From positions 44,394 through 108,393 of the forward strand of contig CAZQGS010000039.1 in NCBI GenBank assembly GCA_964593235.1: a DNA stretch of 64,000 nucleotides, written 5' to 3'. The first letter of the stretch is position 1; each line of letters starts with the position of its first letter. Origin of the DNA: an uncultured Gemmatimonadota bacterium. Its GTDB lineage: Bacteria > JAAXHH01. This document shows positions 1-9,585 of this stretch, one piece after another. Below the pieces are notes generated by a model, which worked only from the letters and a program-made list of their open reading frames with translations, was not told the DNA's origin and did no database searches. Made by a program: the position numbers and the translations under genes.

Positions 1-156
1 CCATTCAATGTGTAATCCATGACTTTTAACAAACCTCTTTAAAAATTCAATTGTATTACTGCTTGGTGATCCAGGATAGCTTGTAGCCACAAAAACCCCA
101 GCTTGTAAAGCTCCATAAGCTACTGCCTGATCTCCAGAGATTTCAATTTTTCCCAT
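1..156 (-). CDS. 2-oxoacid:ferredoxin oxidoreductase alpha subunit (IorA/PorA-like), N-terminal fragment; gene continues beyond window start
   Basis: Reverse-strand translation from ATG at 156 reads MGKIEISGDQAVAYGALQAGVFVATSYPGSPSSNTIEF..., the typical N-terminus of OFOR/IorA alpha subunits (GxxAxAxGAxxAG...YPGTPS). It is open to the window edge. Confidence 0.55.
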   Translation of the reverse strand, partial: MGKIEISGDQAVAYGALQAGVFVATSYPGSPSSNTIEFLKRFVKSHGLHIEW

Positions 157-398
157 AAAGCGCTCCGAGGTATTCGATTTTACCAATAGGACCAGTTCGT
201 GAATATACGGTCTTCTTTCTAATTAGGTCAAGGTTTAACCATAAGATTAACTAAGTAGAAACCGCTTGCTAATTTTGATCAATCAGCTATATTTCACCTG
301 CTTATCATTTGACGTTTTCCTGCGTAAATTTAAGTCCTTTATTTTTTCCGTTCTGTTTTACTATTGAGCTTTCAATTGGTTAGTAATCTATAAAACAT

Positions 399-1661
399 AT
401 GAGGAAACTAATGCCTAGCTCCCCACAAGCTAATATTAAGGAAAATAAACAGCCGGTACAAATAGCAAAATCTATCAAAGACCTAGAAAAAATATTGAAA
501 AATGTGGGGCCTCCAGATGTTGATAATGAAAAATACTGGGCTGTAGTTCGAGCTCAGTTTCCATACCAAGGCTCTGACTTTTATACAAATAATGGAACTA
601 TTGGCATCTTACCAGATTTAGTATTACAGGCACAAATAAACACCCTAAAAAGTACCGAAATTCAAGACGGAACTTTATATGCAACTCCTAACCCGCAAGA
701 AGCCCATAAAAAACTAGCAGCCTTGATAAATGCTGATACACTTGAAGTTGCGATTACGAGAAACTCTACCGAGAGTATGAATATAATTGCCTTAGGGCTT
801 GATTTGAAATCACAAGATGAGATTCTAACAACTACTCATGAGCATTATGGTGGCTGGTCTTGTTGGCAAAACCGTAATGCCATTTTGGGCAATCCTATAC
901 GAAAACTCGATCTATACGATCCTCCGGAGGATGAGAATGAGATAGTAACTCTTTTTGAAGAAGCTATCCGACCGGAGACAAAAGTATTAAGTTTTTGCCA
1001 CGTTACATGCACGACCGCTTGGCGCTTACCTGTGCAGAAAATTTGCGAGATGGCACGCAAAAAAGGGATAATTACTGTAATTGATGGTGCTCAGTCGGTA
1101 GGTATGATTGATGTCGATGTGAAAAATTTAGGTTGTGATTTTTATGTAAGTAGCACACATAAGTGGCTATTCACACCTAAAGGGACAGGGCTACTCTATA
1201 TAGACGACGCGGCCCAAGGGAAAATAAAGTTCGGTTACTATACTGGTGGCGGACAGTTAACTGCTAGAAGATTTGAAAACAATGCTTCTCAGAGTGCAGC
1301 TCCTCTAGTTGGTTTTGCTACAGCTGTAGATTTTCATAATGCAATAGGAACTACCTTAATCGAAGACCACGGTGCAACCATGTCAAAGTGGTTAAAGCTT
1401 CGCTTGGCTGAGATACCGGGAGTACGAGTTTGGACCCCTATTAGTCGTTCACTTTCGGCCTCTATGGTCTCATTCTCTATTGCAGGGATGACTTCATCAG
1501 ATCTGGGGACTCCTCTTAGAGAACGGTATCATATTCAAAACCGAGGTCTTCATGAAGGTGGCTATCATGGAGCTCGTATTTCATGTGCAATTCATAATAG
1601 TTATGAAGAGATGGAAAAGGTTGTAGACGCTGTAACCGAGATTGCTGCAAAACGATGCTAA
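399..1661 (+). CDS. class V (fold type I) PLP-dependent aminotransferase, cysteine desulfurase / isopenicillin-N-epimerase-like
   Basis: 420 aa ORF. SSTHKWLFTPKGTGLLY is the PLP-lysine motif of class V aminotransferases. RBS-like gaggaa precedes the ATG. Confidence 0.8.
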   Translation: MRKLMPSSPQANIKENKQPVQIAKSIKDLEKILKNVGPPDVDNEKYWAVVRAQFPYQGSDFYTNNGTIGILPDLVLQAQINTLKSTEIQDGTLYATPNPQEAHKKLAALINADTLEVAITRNSTESMNIIALGLDLKSQDEILTTTHEHYGGWSCWQNRNAILGNPIRKLDLYDPPEDENEIVTLFEEAIRPETKVLSFCHVTCTTAWRLPVQKICEMARKKGIITVIDGAQSVGMIDVDVKNLGCDFYVSSTHKWLFTPKGTGLLYIDDAAQGKIKFGYYTGGGQLTARRFENNASQSAAPLVGFATAVDFHNAIGTTLIEDHGATMSKWLKLRLAEIPGVRVWTPISRSLSASMVSFSIAGMTSSDLGTPLRERYHIQNRGLHEGGYHGARISCAIHNSYEEMEKVVDAVTEIAAKRC

Positions 1662-1717
1662 TCAGGTTGGTTTTGTTCTCCACCTATGGATAGTTAGAAA
1701 AGCAATTTTATTTCGGA

Positions 1718-3379
1718 TTGGAGCAGAGGATATTGGATTCTAAATTAACCATAAAATTTCTTAAGGAACAACTAACTACTAGTTTTGCTGAAAAAGTAGT
1801 TTTACGAATAAAAAGGGATGGTAGGTATGTGGAGTATACTGGTAGCCAAGCAACAAGTTTGGCTGACAGTATCGCTACTCAATTAGCATCATATGGCCTT
1901 AAAGATAGTGCCCGTGTTGCATTGCTAGCCGACAATCAACCTGAGTGGGGGATTGCTTATTTGGCAATTGTCGGCCAGGGTATGACCGCAGTACCGATTG
2001 ACCGACTTTTGAAACCAGGTGAATACCAACGGATTATTGAAGATTCTGGATGCCGTGCTATTATCGTATCTGATACCTTTCGAGAGGATCTTATCTCTAT
2101 AAATAACAACTTGCCTGACCTGAAAAATATACTCAGCTTAGAAGAACTTATAAGTAATAAAACCGAAATCCCCCCCCCACAGAGCAAAGTTAATGAAGAA
2201 AATCTAGCAGTGTTAATATACACGTCAGGTACTACTGGAAAACCAAAAGGGGTAATGCTTTCTCATAAAAATATAATGTCAAATGTTGTTGCCTGTAGCG
2301 AAGTTATTTCAATCACAAAGCACGATAGTTTTGTTTCAGTTTTACCGTTACATCACACTTTTGAATGCACAGCTGGTTTCCTCGCCCCGATGTTTGTTGG
2401 AGCTACAGTCACTTACGTTGGAAGCCTCAAATCACGTGATATTGTAGAAGCCATGAAAGAATCAGAAGCGACGGTCATGTTAGCAGTACCTCTCCTTTAT
2501 GAAAAAATGTATACCGGCATTATGAGGAAAATTAGTTTACAACCTCTTATCACCAGAACTGTTTTTAAACTACTTAAAGGAGTAGTTATACTTGGAGAGG
2601 TGTTTAATAGCCGACTTGGAACAATCCTTTTTAAAAGCTTACGTGATAAAGGTGGACTTGGGGAAATTCGGTTTTTTGTATCTGGAGCTGCAGCCCTTCC
2701 TCCCGATGTAGCAAAAGGTTTTGATCGACTCGGCCTACGCATTCTTCAAGGATATGGCTTAACCGAAGCTTCACCAGTCGTTTCAGTACACAGGGTTAAC
2801 GAACCAGCTAATTTTGATTCTGTCGGACCAGTTATTAATGGTGTCGAAATAAAAATATTAGATCCTGATGAAAATGGCGTAGGTGAAGTAGTTGTTCGAG
2901 GCCCAAATGTGATGTTAGGTTATTATAACAATCCCGATGCTACTCAAGAGATCTTGAAAGATGGTTCATTATACACCGGCGATTCAGGTAAGATTGATAA
3001 TGCTGGTAACCTCCACATAGCTGGGCGGTTGAAAAATGTCATTGTCACCCGGGCAGGAAAAAATATCTACCCAGAAGAGATAGAAGGCGAGCTAGTTCTC
3101 AGTCCTTATATTGCAGAGGCTCTCGTTTTGGGAGCAAAGGACCCAAAATCTGGCGAAGAATATGTCCGCGCCGTAGTTGTCCCAGATTTTGAATACTTTG
3201 AGGAAAACAATCTTCCAATAGATGATAATTCACTAACTAATCGTCTTGATCAAGAGGTTCGTAAGCAATGTAATAACTTAGCAGATTATAAGCGAGTTAG
3301 GCAAATAGATCTTCGTAAACAGGAATTTTCAAAGACTTCTACTCGAAAAATCAAACGTTTCCTATTTGAAACTAAATAG
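1718..3379 (+). CDS. long-chain fatty acid--CoA ligase (AMP-dependent synthetase/ligase)
   Basis: 553 aa ORF. AMP-binding signature LIYTSGTTGKPKGVMLSHKNI, plus YGLTE and GDSGKID motifs. Confidence 0.85.
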   Translation: MEQRILDSKLTIKFLKEQLTTSFAEKVVLRIKRDGRYVEYTGSQATSLADSIATQLASYGLKDSARVALLADNQPEWGIAYLAIVGQGMTAVPIDRLLKPGEYQRIIEDSGCRAIIVSDTFREDLISINNNLPDLKNILSLEELISNKTEIPPPQSKVNEENLAVLIYTSGTTGKPKGVMLSHKNIMSNVVACSEVISITKHDSFVSVLPLHHTFECTAGFLAPMFVGATVTYVGSLKSRDIVEAMKESEATVMLAVPLLYEKMYTGIMRKISLQPLITRTVFKLLKGVVILGEVFNSRLGTILFKSLRDKGGLGEIRFFVSGAAALPPDVAKGFDRLGLRILQGYGLTEASPVVSVHRVNEPANFDSVGPVINGVEIKILDPDENGVGEVVVRGPNVMLGYYNNPDATQEILKDGSLYTGDSGKIDNAGNLHIAGRLKNVIVTRAGKNIYPEEIEGELVLSPYIAEALVLGAKDPKSGEEYVRAVVVPDFEYFEENNLPIDDNSLTNRLDQEVRKQCNNLADYKRVRQIDLRKQEFSKTSTRKIKRFLFETK

Positions 3380-3530
3380 AATAATTAATACCCAGGTCTT
3401 TTGATATAACAAAGATTAATCTTCGATACAACATATCCAGTGTTAATCTTCAGAAAACCACCCATTCTTCTCCTAGCTAGAGGGAAACCATAGCTGCAAT
3501 AGATTGCTATCCAACTAATAAATTATACCC

Positions 3531-4454
3531 ATGTCGAGAAATAAAGAACATACCCAATGGTTTAAGGCGATTTTACTCTTTGCTGGAACGGTATCAACAA
3601 CGCTATTTGCTGGTACTATAATGGAAAATAGTTCTGTTCCTCTATATTTCCTATTTTTGAATTTGCTGACACACCCTGGTATTCTAATTGACGGAATACC
3701 TTTTTCTATATCCGTCCTTGGGATACTTATGGCGCATGAAATGGGACACTATCTATATGCAAGGCGGTATAGAGTTGATACCTCACTACCTTATTTTATT
3801 CCATCCCCTTTCTTTTTTATTATGCCAAACCCAGGTACTTTAGGGGCTGTCATTGTCACTAAAGGACCCTACCCCAATCGCCAAGCCTTGATGGATATTG
3901 GTGCTGCTGGTCCAATTGCTGGGTTTATAGTAGCAGTGCCAATCATGGCTTATAGTCTTCTAGGCGCTAAAGTTGGTCTTATCCCCACTGATGGAGGGGG
4001 ACTGTATCTTGGGGAACCACTGATCTTTAAATTTCTAACCTACCTAATACATGGATCTATTCCTACCAATTACACCATTTATCTCGATTCTGTTGGATTA
4101 GCAGCTTGGTTTGGTTGCTTGGTCACAATGCTTAACTTACTACCTATCGGCCAACTAGATGGAGGTCACATCCTTTATGCATTTACTAGTGGTGATACCT
4201 CAGGTAGAAATATACAGAAACGAGTAGCCCTTGTAAGTTTCTTTGCCTTGGTTGTGCTAGGGATATTTTCACATGGGTGGTGGGTTTTTGGGGCTTTATT
4301 ACTACTTATGGCTAAATACACTGGCTTTAAGCATCCGATCCCTACCGATGATACTACTCCACTACCACTAAACAGCAAGATACTTGGTTGGTTGGCGATT
4401 CTAATTTTTTTCCAAACCTTTATGCCAATTCCAATTTCATTTAACGGATCGTAA
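3531..4454 (+). CDS. site-2 protease family (peptidase M50) integral membrane metalloprotease
   Basis: 307 aa ORF with multiple hydrophobic segments. HEMGHY (HExxH) lies in a transmembrane context, and LDGG is present downstream. Confidence 0.7.
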   Translation: MSRNKEHTQWFKAILLFAGTVSTTLFAGTIMENSSVPLYFLFLNLLTHPGILIDGIPFSISVLGILMAHEMGHYLYARRYRVDTSLPYFIPSPFFFIMPNPGTLGAVIVTKGPYPNRQALMDIGAAGPIAGFIVAVPIMAYSLLGAKVGLIPTDGGGLYLGEPLIFKFLTYLIHGSIPTNYTIYLDSVGLAAWFGCLVTMLNLLPIGQLDGGHILYAFTSGDTSGRNIQKRVALVSFFALVVLGIFSHGWWVFGALLLLMAKYTGFKHPIPTDDTTPLPLNSKILGWLAILIFFQTFMPIPISFNGS

Positions 4455-4465
4455 GCTAAAAGAGG

Positions 4466-5224
4466 TTAGTTAATTAGGAGCCTTTCTAACTTCTTATGAA
4501 TTCTTTTGTCATTCTCGTGAATTTTATGCGCCTTTAATAGTTCGTCTATTGCTCGAGTATTCTCCCCGATTATTTCGAAAATTGATCCCAAGGCGAGGTG
4601 TACTGAAAAATTTTTGGGGTCTAGGGCAAGCGCTTTCTGATACTCAACTACACTCAAACTCCATTTTTCCTGGCGAACATATATCTCCGCAATACTAATA
4701 TGAATATCTGTAAAATCATCCTTCCCCAATAAAATTGCCTGTTGATATGATATAATTGCTTCATCATACATAGCGCGACGCTTGTATGCCATCCCTAATA
4801 ACCTATGGGCTGCACTATCTTTGTTTGATCTCCGAACAAGTTCCCGAAAACAGTTAGTTGCTTTTTCAAGTTCTCCTAAACAATAATAACTGAAACCTAA
4901 ATCGCGAAAAAGATTATCGGTTCGGTATCCTCCCTCTAACGCTTTTAACATATAACCACAGGCTTCACTATAACATTCCTGCTTCATATATATAAGACCT
5001 ATATCATATTGTACCGCAATCTTTCGTGGATTTGCTCCTGCACATCTTGTTAGCCATTCAAAGGCCTCACTTGGTCGCCCGCTATATAAAAGGGCTAATC
5101 CCAGCGCTCTCAGTGTCCAGTAATCGGTCTGATCCGTTGCCACGCGTTTTAAGCACAAACTTATAATTTTTTCGTATTCTCTATTTCCTAATAAAAGTTT
5201 AAGCTTACGCGACCAGAACCACAT
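4466..5224 (-). CDS. tetratricopeptide (TPR) repeat protein
   Basis: 252 aa ORF with repeated 34-residue W/LG/Y/A/F/A/P-patterned helical repeats, e.g. ALGLALLYSGRPSEAFEWL and AIDELLKAHKI. Confidence 0.65.
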   Translation of the reverse strand: MWFWSRKLKLLLGNREYEKIISLCLKRVATDQTDYWTLRALGLALLYSGRPSEAFEWLTRCAGANPRKIAVQYDIGLIYMKQECYSEACGYMLKALEGGYRTDNLFRDLGFSYYCLGELEKATNCFRELVRRSNKDSAAHRLLGMAYKRRAMYDEAIISYQQAILLGKDDFTDIHISIAEIYVRQEKWSLSVVEYQKALALDPKNFSVHLALGSIFEIIGENTRAIDELLKAHKIHENDKRIHKKLERLLIN

Positions 5225-5546
5225 AATTTTTACTCTTCCTTATACCGATTAGTATCTCCATTAAGGATCTTATGGAGAAAAAAAACTCTAGATAAATCAC
5301 ATCAAAATTTTAATATACCATAGCTAAAATAGACTGTCAAGAAGCTGTAGTTATAGATCTAATATTACTTTAAGCAATCAAAACTTAACCATGATTCAGG
5401 TCCTGTTAAATTACTCATTTCTGAACTTAGAACTTCAGTTTTTTTGATTTACAATGAATCAAAAATGTAACATCTTCAGATTTAGATCAGCAAGTATTAA
5501 TTACTCTACTTACTTTTATATACTTGAGTATATCAGGGGGAGAATA

Positions 5547-6155
5547 TTGCTAAGAGAAGAAAGAGTTACTGGCATCATACTTGCGGGAGGTATGAGTAGT
5601 CGGTTTGGTTCTAACAAAGCACTTACCCGTTTTGATGGTGAAAAACTTATCCATCGACTTTATAAGAATTTAACAGCTGTAACTGACCAGATGATTCTAA
5701 TCACTAATACTCCAGAAGACTATGGTTTCTTAAATATAACAACTCAACACGATCTAATTCCTAATTGTGGGCCAATTGGTGGAATCTATACAGCCCTAAG
5801 TACTGCCCAAACCTCCCTAATATTTTGTGTTGCCTGTGATATGCCCTTCGTTAATCCAGCGTTTCTGGAGCATATGATACGGAGATCAAAGGGTTACGAT
5901 GTTGTTGTCCCTATACATAATGGACAAGAAGAACCTTTATGCGCTATTTATCGAAAAACCTGCCTTAAGACCATCTATGACCAAATTAGTTCGCAAAAAT
6001 TTAAGATAACAGAGTTCTACAAAAACGTCCGTGTACTTCGATTAAACCCAAGTGATTCTGGATTTTCCGAAAATGATATGTTCTTTAATATCAATTACCC
6101 AACCGATATTAAAGAAGCACTTAAAAGATTGAAGAATCAGCGACTATCTAGTTGA
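5547..6155 (+). CDS. mobA: molybdenum cofactor guanylyltransferase MobA
   Basis: [17 protein letters not shown] nucleotide-binding motif. The track ORF begins at ATG 5454, but a TTG at 5547 preceded by gggggag, only 2 codons before the GIILAGG motif, gives the canonical ~200 aa MobA length. The start is uncertain. Confidence 0.7.
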   Translation: MLREERVTGIILAGGMSSRFGSNKALTRFDGEKLIHRLYKNLTAVTDQMILITNTPEDYGFLNITTQHDLIPNCGPIGGIYTALSTAQTSLIFCVACDMPFVNPAFLEHMIRRSKGYDVVVPIHNGQEEPLCAIYRKTCLKTIYDQISSQKFKITEFYKNVRVLRLNPSDSGFSENDMFFNINYPTDIKEALKRLKNQRLSS

Positions 6156-6847
6156 CAAACTGTTGAACATGCCTCTCCCGACTTTGGTTTCCCTTCTATA
6201 AGTAAAATAAACTCTCCCCGAAGCCGACGGCCTATTATCTCTTCTAAAAGCACCGATAAAAGGTTACGGTCTATTCTCTCATGAAGTTTAGTCAAGTCAT
6301 TCACTAAAGCTGCTTGGCGATCACCAAATACCTTTAACGCTTCCTCAATAAGCTTTTGGATTCGATGGGGGCTCTCAAAATAGATCAGTGTATCATCTTT
6401 TTTTGCATCCTCGAACAGATACCTAGATCTAGCAGCTGATTTACGGGGAGGGAAACCACAGAAAGAAAAACGGTGTACAGGTAATCCTGAAAGCACCAGG
6501 GCCATTATCAACGCACTAGGGCCAGGGGCCATAGTTACTTGGATGTTGGCATGTATAGCCGCCCTGACAAGCTGGTAACCAGGATCCGCTATACCAGGTG
6601 TTCCCGCATCAGTTACTAAGGCTAGGTCTTTACCTTTCTGCAGTGCTGCTATAGCCCTAGGGATCACTTTATCTTCATTATGCTCATGATAAGCCATTTG
6701 TTGAACGGTAATAGCATGATGTTTTAACATACGCCCTGTTCGTCGAGTATCTTCACTCAGAACAATATCAACATTGCGGAGAATCTCTAACGCTCGAAGG
6801 GTAATATCTGCTAAATGCCCTATTGGCGTCGCGACTAGGTAAAGCAT
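6137..6847 (-). CDS. rsmI: 16S rRNA (cytidine1402-2'-O)-methyltransferase RsmI
   Basis: N-terminus [37 protein letters not shown] is the tetrapyrrole-methylase-fold RsmI signature. It overlaps the mobA 3' end convergently. Confidence 0.9.
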   Translation of the reverse strand: MLYLVATPIGHLADITLRALEILRNVDIVLSEDTRRTGRMLKHHAITVQQMAYHEHNEDKVIPRAIAALQKGKDLALVTDAGTPGIADPGYQLVRAAIHANIQVTMAPGPSALIMALVLSGLPVHRFSFCGFPPRKSAARSRYLFEDAKKDDTLIYFESPHRIQKLIEEALKVFGDRQAALVNDLTKLHERIDRNLLSVLLEEIIGRRLRGEFILLIEGKPKSGEACSTVCQLDSR

Positions 6848-6850
6848 AGA

Positions 6851-7927
6851 TTATTGTTTTTGCTCCGGGAATGGGGCTCGGATATCATATCGGCCCTCAA
6901 TTTCAACAGGTAGAGCCCCCTCTTCAACCATCAGATCCAATGGATTATCTTTTGTTATCAATGGAAGTTTGACCACATCTCTAATTCGAGCCGATTCATA
7001 GATTGCCATCATTAGTTCCATTGTTGATCGAGCAACAAAACCTTCATTTCGATGTGTGTCTATTTTTCCATCCATCCATAATATGAATTCATCATATTGA
7101 TCAAATTGGACTACTGGAGGTGTTATAGATTGCCAGTCATCAAACTGACGGTTTAGCAGCAGTACGGTTCCATCCATTCCTCGCTTCAGAATTCCCTCTG
7201 TTCCATAAATGACATCTCCTGGGAATCCTGGTTCTGGGAGATCACTCTCATAAGTACCTCTTATTCCATTCTCAAAAGCAATGATTGCACCACACCTATC
7301 TTCACACCTAACCCGACGTTCCCATCGATCAGTCTTACGAGTAACTTGACTGAGCACCCAAACCGGCTTAGGATCACCCAGTAGATACATCATCTCATCT
7401 AGTTCATGAGTACCCCTATTTAATAGTCCATAAGCATCCCTTCGCAGCATAGCCATTGGTTGCCCAATTTTACCATCCTTAATAAGGCGACGGACTTCTA
7501 CATTCTGCGGGTTGAACCGTCGCTGATGACCAATTGCCAGCTTAACCCCATGGGTTCGACAGGAATCCAACATGAGATCTGACTCACCAAGGCTACAGGC
7601 CATAGGTTTTTCACCCATAATTCCTTTTACACCAGCCTTTACGGCAGCAACTGTGACATCAGCTCGAACATTTTGCCAAGTAGTAATACTAACTATATCA
7701 CATGATTCGTCTTCCAGCATCTTTTCATATTCTGCATACATATTCGCACCAAATTCATCAGCTAATTGTCCTGCATTCCCTTCGTTTATATCGGCAACCG
7801 CTACAACACAGGTTTTAGATTTCTGTGTCCATTGGCGTGCATGGGAGCGCCCCATCCCCCCACACCCAATTATCCCTACCCGATATGCCTCAGACATATT
7901 AACTCCTTGAATAGTTGATTTGATCAT
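6851..7927 (-). CDS. Gfo/Idh/MocA family NAD(P)-dependent oxidoreductase
   Basis: 358 aa ORF. N-terminal Rossmann motif VGIIGCGGMGRSHA, with a C-terminal alpha/beta domain typical of the family. Confidence 0.8.
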   Translation of the reverse strand: MIKSTIQGVNMSEAYRVGIIGCGGMGRSHARQWTQKSKTCVVAVADINEGNAGQLADEFGANMYAEYEKMLEDESCDIVSITTWQNVRADVTVAAVKAGVKGIMGEKPMACSLGESDLMLDSCRTHGVKLAIGHQRRFNPQNVEVRRLIKDGKIGQPMAMLRRDAYGLLNRGTHELDEMMYLLGDPKPVWVLSQVTRKTDRWERRVRCEDRCGAIIAFENGIRGTYESDLPEPGFPGDVIYGTEGILKRGMDGTVLLLNRQFDDWQSITPPVVQFDQYDEFILWMDGKIDTHRNEGFVARSTMELMMAIYESARIRDVVKLPLITKDNPLDLMVEEGALPVEIEGRYDIRAPFPEQKQ

Positions 7928-8070
7928 ACCCAGTAGCTCGACTACCTATAATTTATGGGTTTTACCAAATTGGGGCAACATCTGAATATTGAAATGGATT
8001 TGAGCAATTTGTTATAAATCCTTATTATATTGATCCCTTACTTACTCAATTGTATTATATATGGTAAGGA

Positions 8071-9585
8071 GTGATGATAAATATGAATTATAATGGACTA
8101 ACCGTAGCAATCTTTGATAAATCTCTGAAAGATACCATTCGAGTGCTCGGGGGGAAGGCTGTTGTTTTAGATACAGATACTCCCGTTGGATGGGATAGTT
8201 TTATTAATAAACTAATCAGCAATGAAATCTGTGTATTATTACTTACCGAACCGAAACATATAGTCTCCTTATTTGCACGAGCTACCGCTAATGGAACCTA
8301 CAATCAAGTTCTACATTCCATCAGCCAAACTGTAATCGGGTCAGCAAGCAAAAATTGTACAGACCTTTGGAAACAACACAAACTTTCTGTAGACTTCGAA
8401 CCTAATACGGCTGGTATTAAAGAGCTTTTGACTGAAATAGCTCGATTAGCTTGCTACCTATTAGATAAAAAGCAAACCGCCGTTCACAGGGGAGCCGATA
8501 CCACATATTGGAAACACGTTGATATGCGATGGGGGTTAGATGAAGAAGCTGTCCAAAAACGGCATAAATCTCCTTTTCTGGCAGCATGTCGAAGAGAACC
8601 AACAGACTATACACCAATCTGGTTGTTACGACAAGCGGGACGCTACCAAAGAGCTTATCGAGAACTTAAGTCTGATTTAGATTTTTTAGAAATGTGTAAA
8701 AAATCTGAACTTACCGCTGAAATTACTTTGATGGCAGTTGAACGTCTTGGGGTAGATGCAGCTATTCTTTTTGCTGATATTTTACCTTTGCTACAACCAC
8801 TAGGATTTGACTTGGAATATATCCGAGGGCATGGACCAGTAATTCACAACCCAATCCGATCCGGAGCAGATGTAGATAGACTTGAAGAAGGAGTCAAGGA
8901 ATCTCAACATTTCGTATATGAGACAATACGAATGGTTTTACCTGCTCTGCCTCCCAATATTCCTCTAATAGGTTTTTCAGGTGCACCTTTTACATTAGCT
9001 GCTTATGCTATCGAGGGAGAAAGTACTAAAGAATTCAGAAATCTAAAGATCTTTATGCATTCTAACCCGGGCGCTTGGCATGCCTTTATGGAGAAATTAT
9101 CTAGAGCTATAATAGGATATCTAAACGAACAAATCTCGGCTGGGGTTCAGGCAATACAACTATTTGATAGTTGGGTTGGATGTCTTTCTCCGGATGATTA
9201 CAAAACCTTTGTATTACCTCATAACCGGTATATTTTCTCAAACCTTCCTCCTACTATTCCCAAGATACATTTCGGTACTGGAACCAGTTCCCTATTAGAA
9301 CTGATGAAGGAGGCTGGAGGAGAAGTACTAGGTTTAGATTGGCGCGTTGACTTATCTGACGCCTGGCATCGTTTAGACTATGACGTAGCGGTTCAAGGTA
9401 ATCTAGATCCGTTAATTCTTTTTACTTCTCCTAAGGAAATTAGGAAGCAGGCTTCTACTATTTTGGGAAAAGCAGGTGATCGACCAGGGCACATCTTTAA
9501 TCTTGGCCATGGGATACTACCTGGTACGCCTGAAGAAAATGTTACCGCACTCGTAGACATTGTCCATGAACTAGGAAATAAATAA
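8071..9585 (+). CDS. hemE: uroporphyrinogen decarboxylase HemE with ~150 aa N-terminal extension
   Basis: C-terminal 350 aa carry the HemE signature PTDYTPIWLLRQAGRY plus downstream conserved blocks. The frame stays open upstream to GTG/ATG 8071-8083, which sits directly behind a strong SD (taaggag). Confidence 0.85.
   Translation: MMINMNYNGLTVAIFDKSLKDTIRVLGGKAVVLDTDTPVGWDSFINKLISNEICVLLLTEPKHIVSLFARATANGTYNQVLHSISQTVIGSASKNCTDLWKQHKLSVDFEPNTAGIKELLTEIARLACYLLDKKQTAVHRGADTTYWKHVDMRWGLDEEAVQKRHKSPFLAACRREPTDYTPIWLLRQAGRYQRAYRELKSDLDFLEMCKKSELTAEITLMAVERLGVDAAILFADILPLLQPLGFDLEYIRGHGPVIHNPIRSGADVDRLEEGVKESQHFVYETIRMVLPALPPNIPLIGFSGAPFTLAAYAIEGESTKEFRNLKIFMHSNPGAWHAFMEKLSRAIIGYLNEQISAGVQAIQLFDSWVGCLSPDDYKTFVLPHNRYIFSNLPPTIPKIHFGTGTSSLLELMKEAGGEVLGLDWRVDLSDAWHRLDYDVAVQGNLDPLILFTSPKEIRKQASTILGKAGDRPGHIFNLGHGILPGTPEENVTALVDIVHELGNK

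Noticed and set aside
845-1060. Numerous 60-140 aa antisense or out-of-frame ORFs in the six-frame track (e.g. 845-1060, 1957-2223, 2497-2742, 7572-7910, 14397-15084, 15302-16165, 37728-38954, 41001-42632, 44127-44814)
   Set aside because: Each lies entirely inside a longer ORF with clear family motifs on the other strand or frame. They are low-complexity or Ser/Pro/Arg-rich, as expected for shadow ORFs, and lack RBSs.
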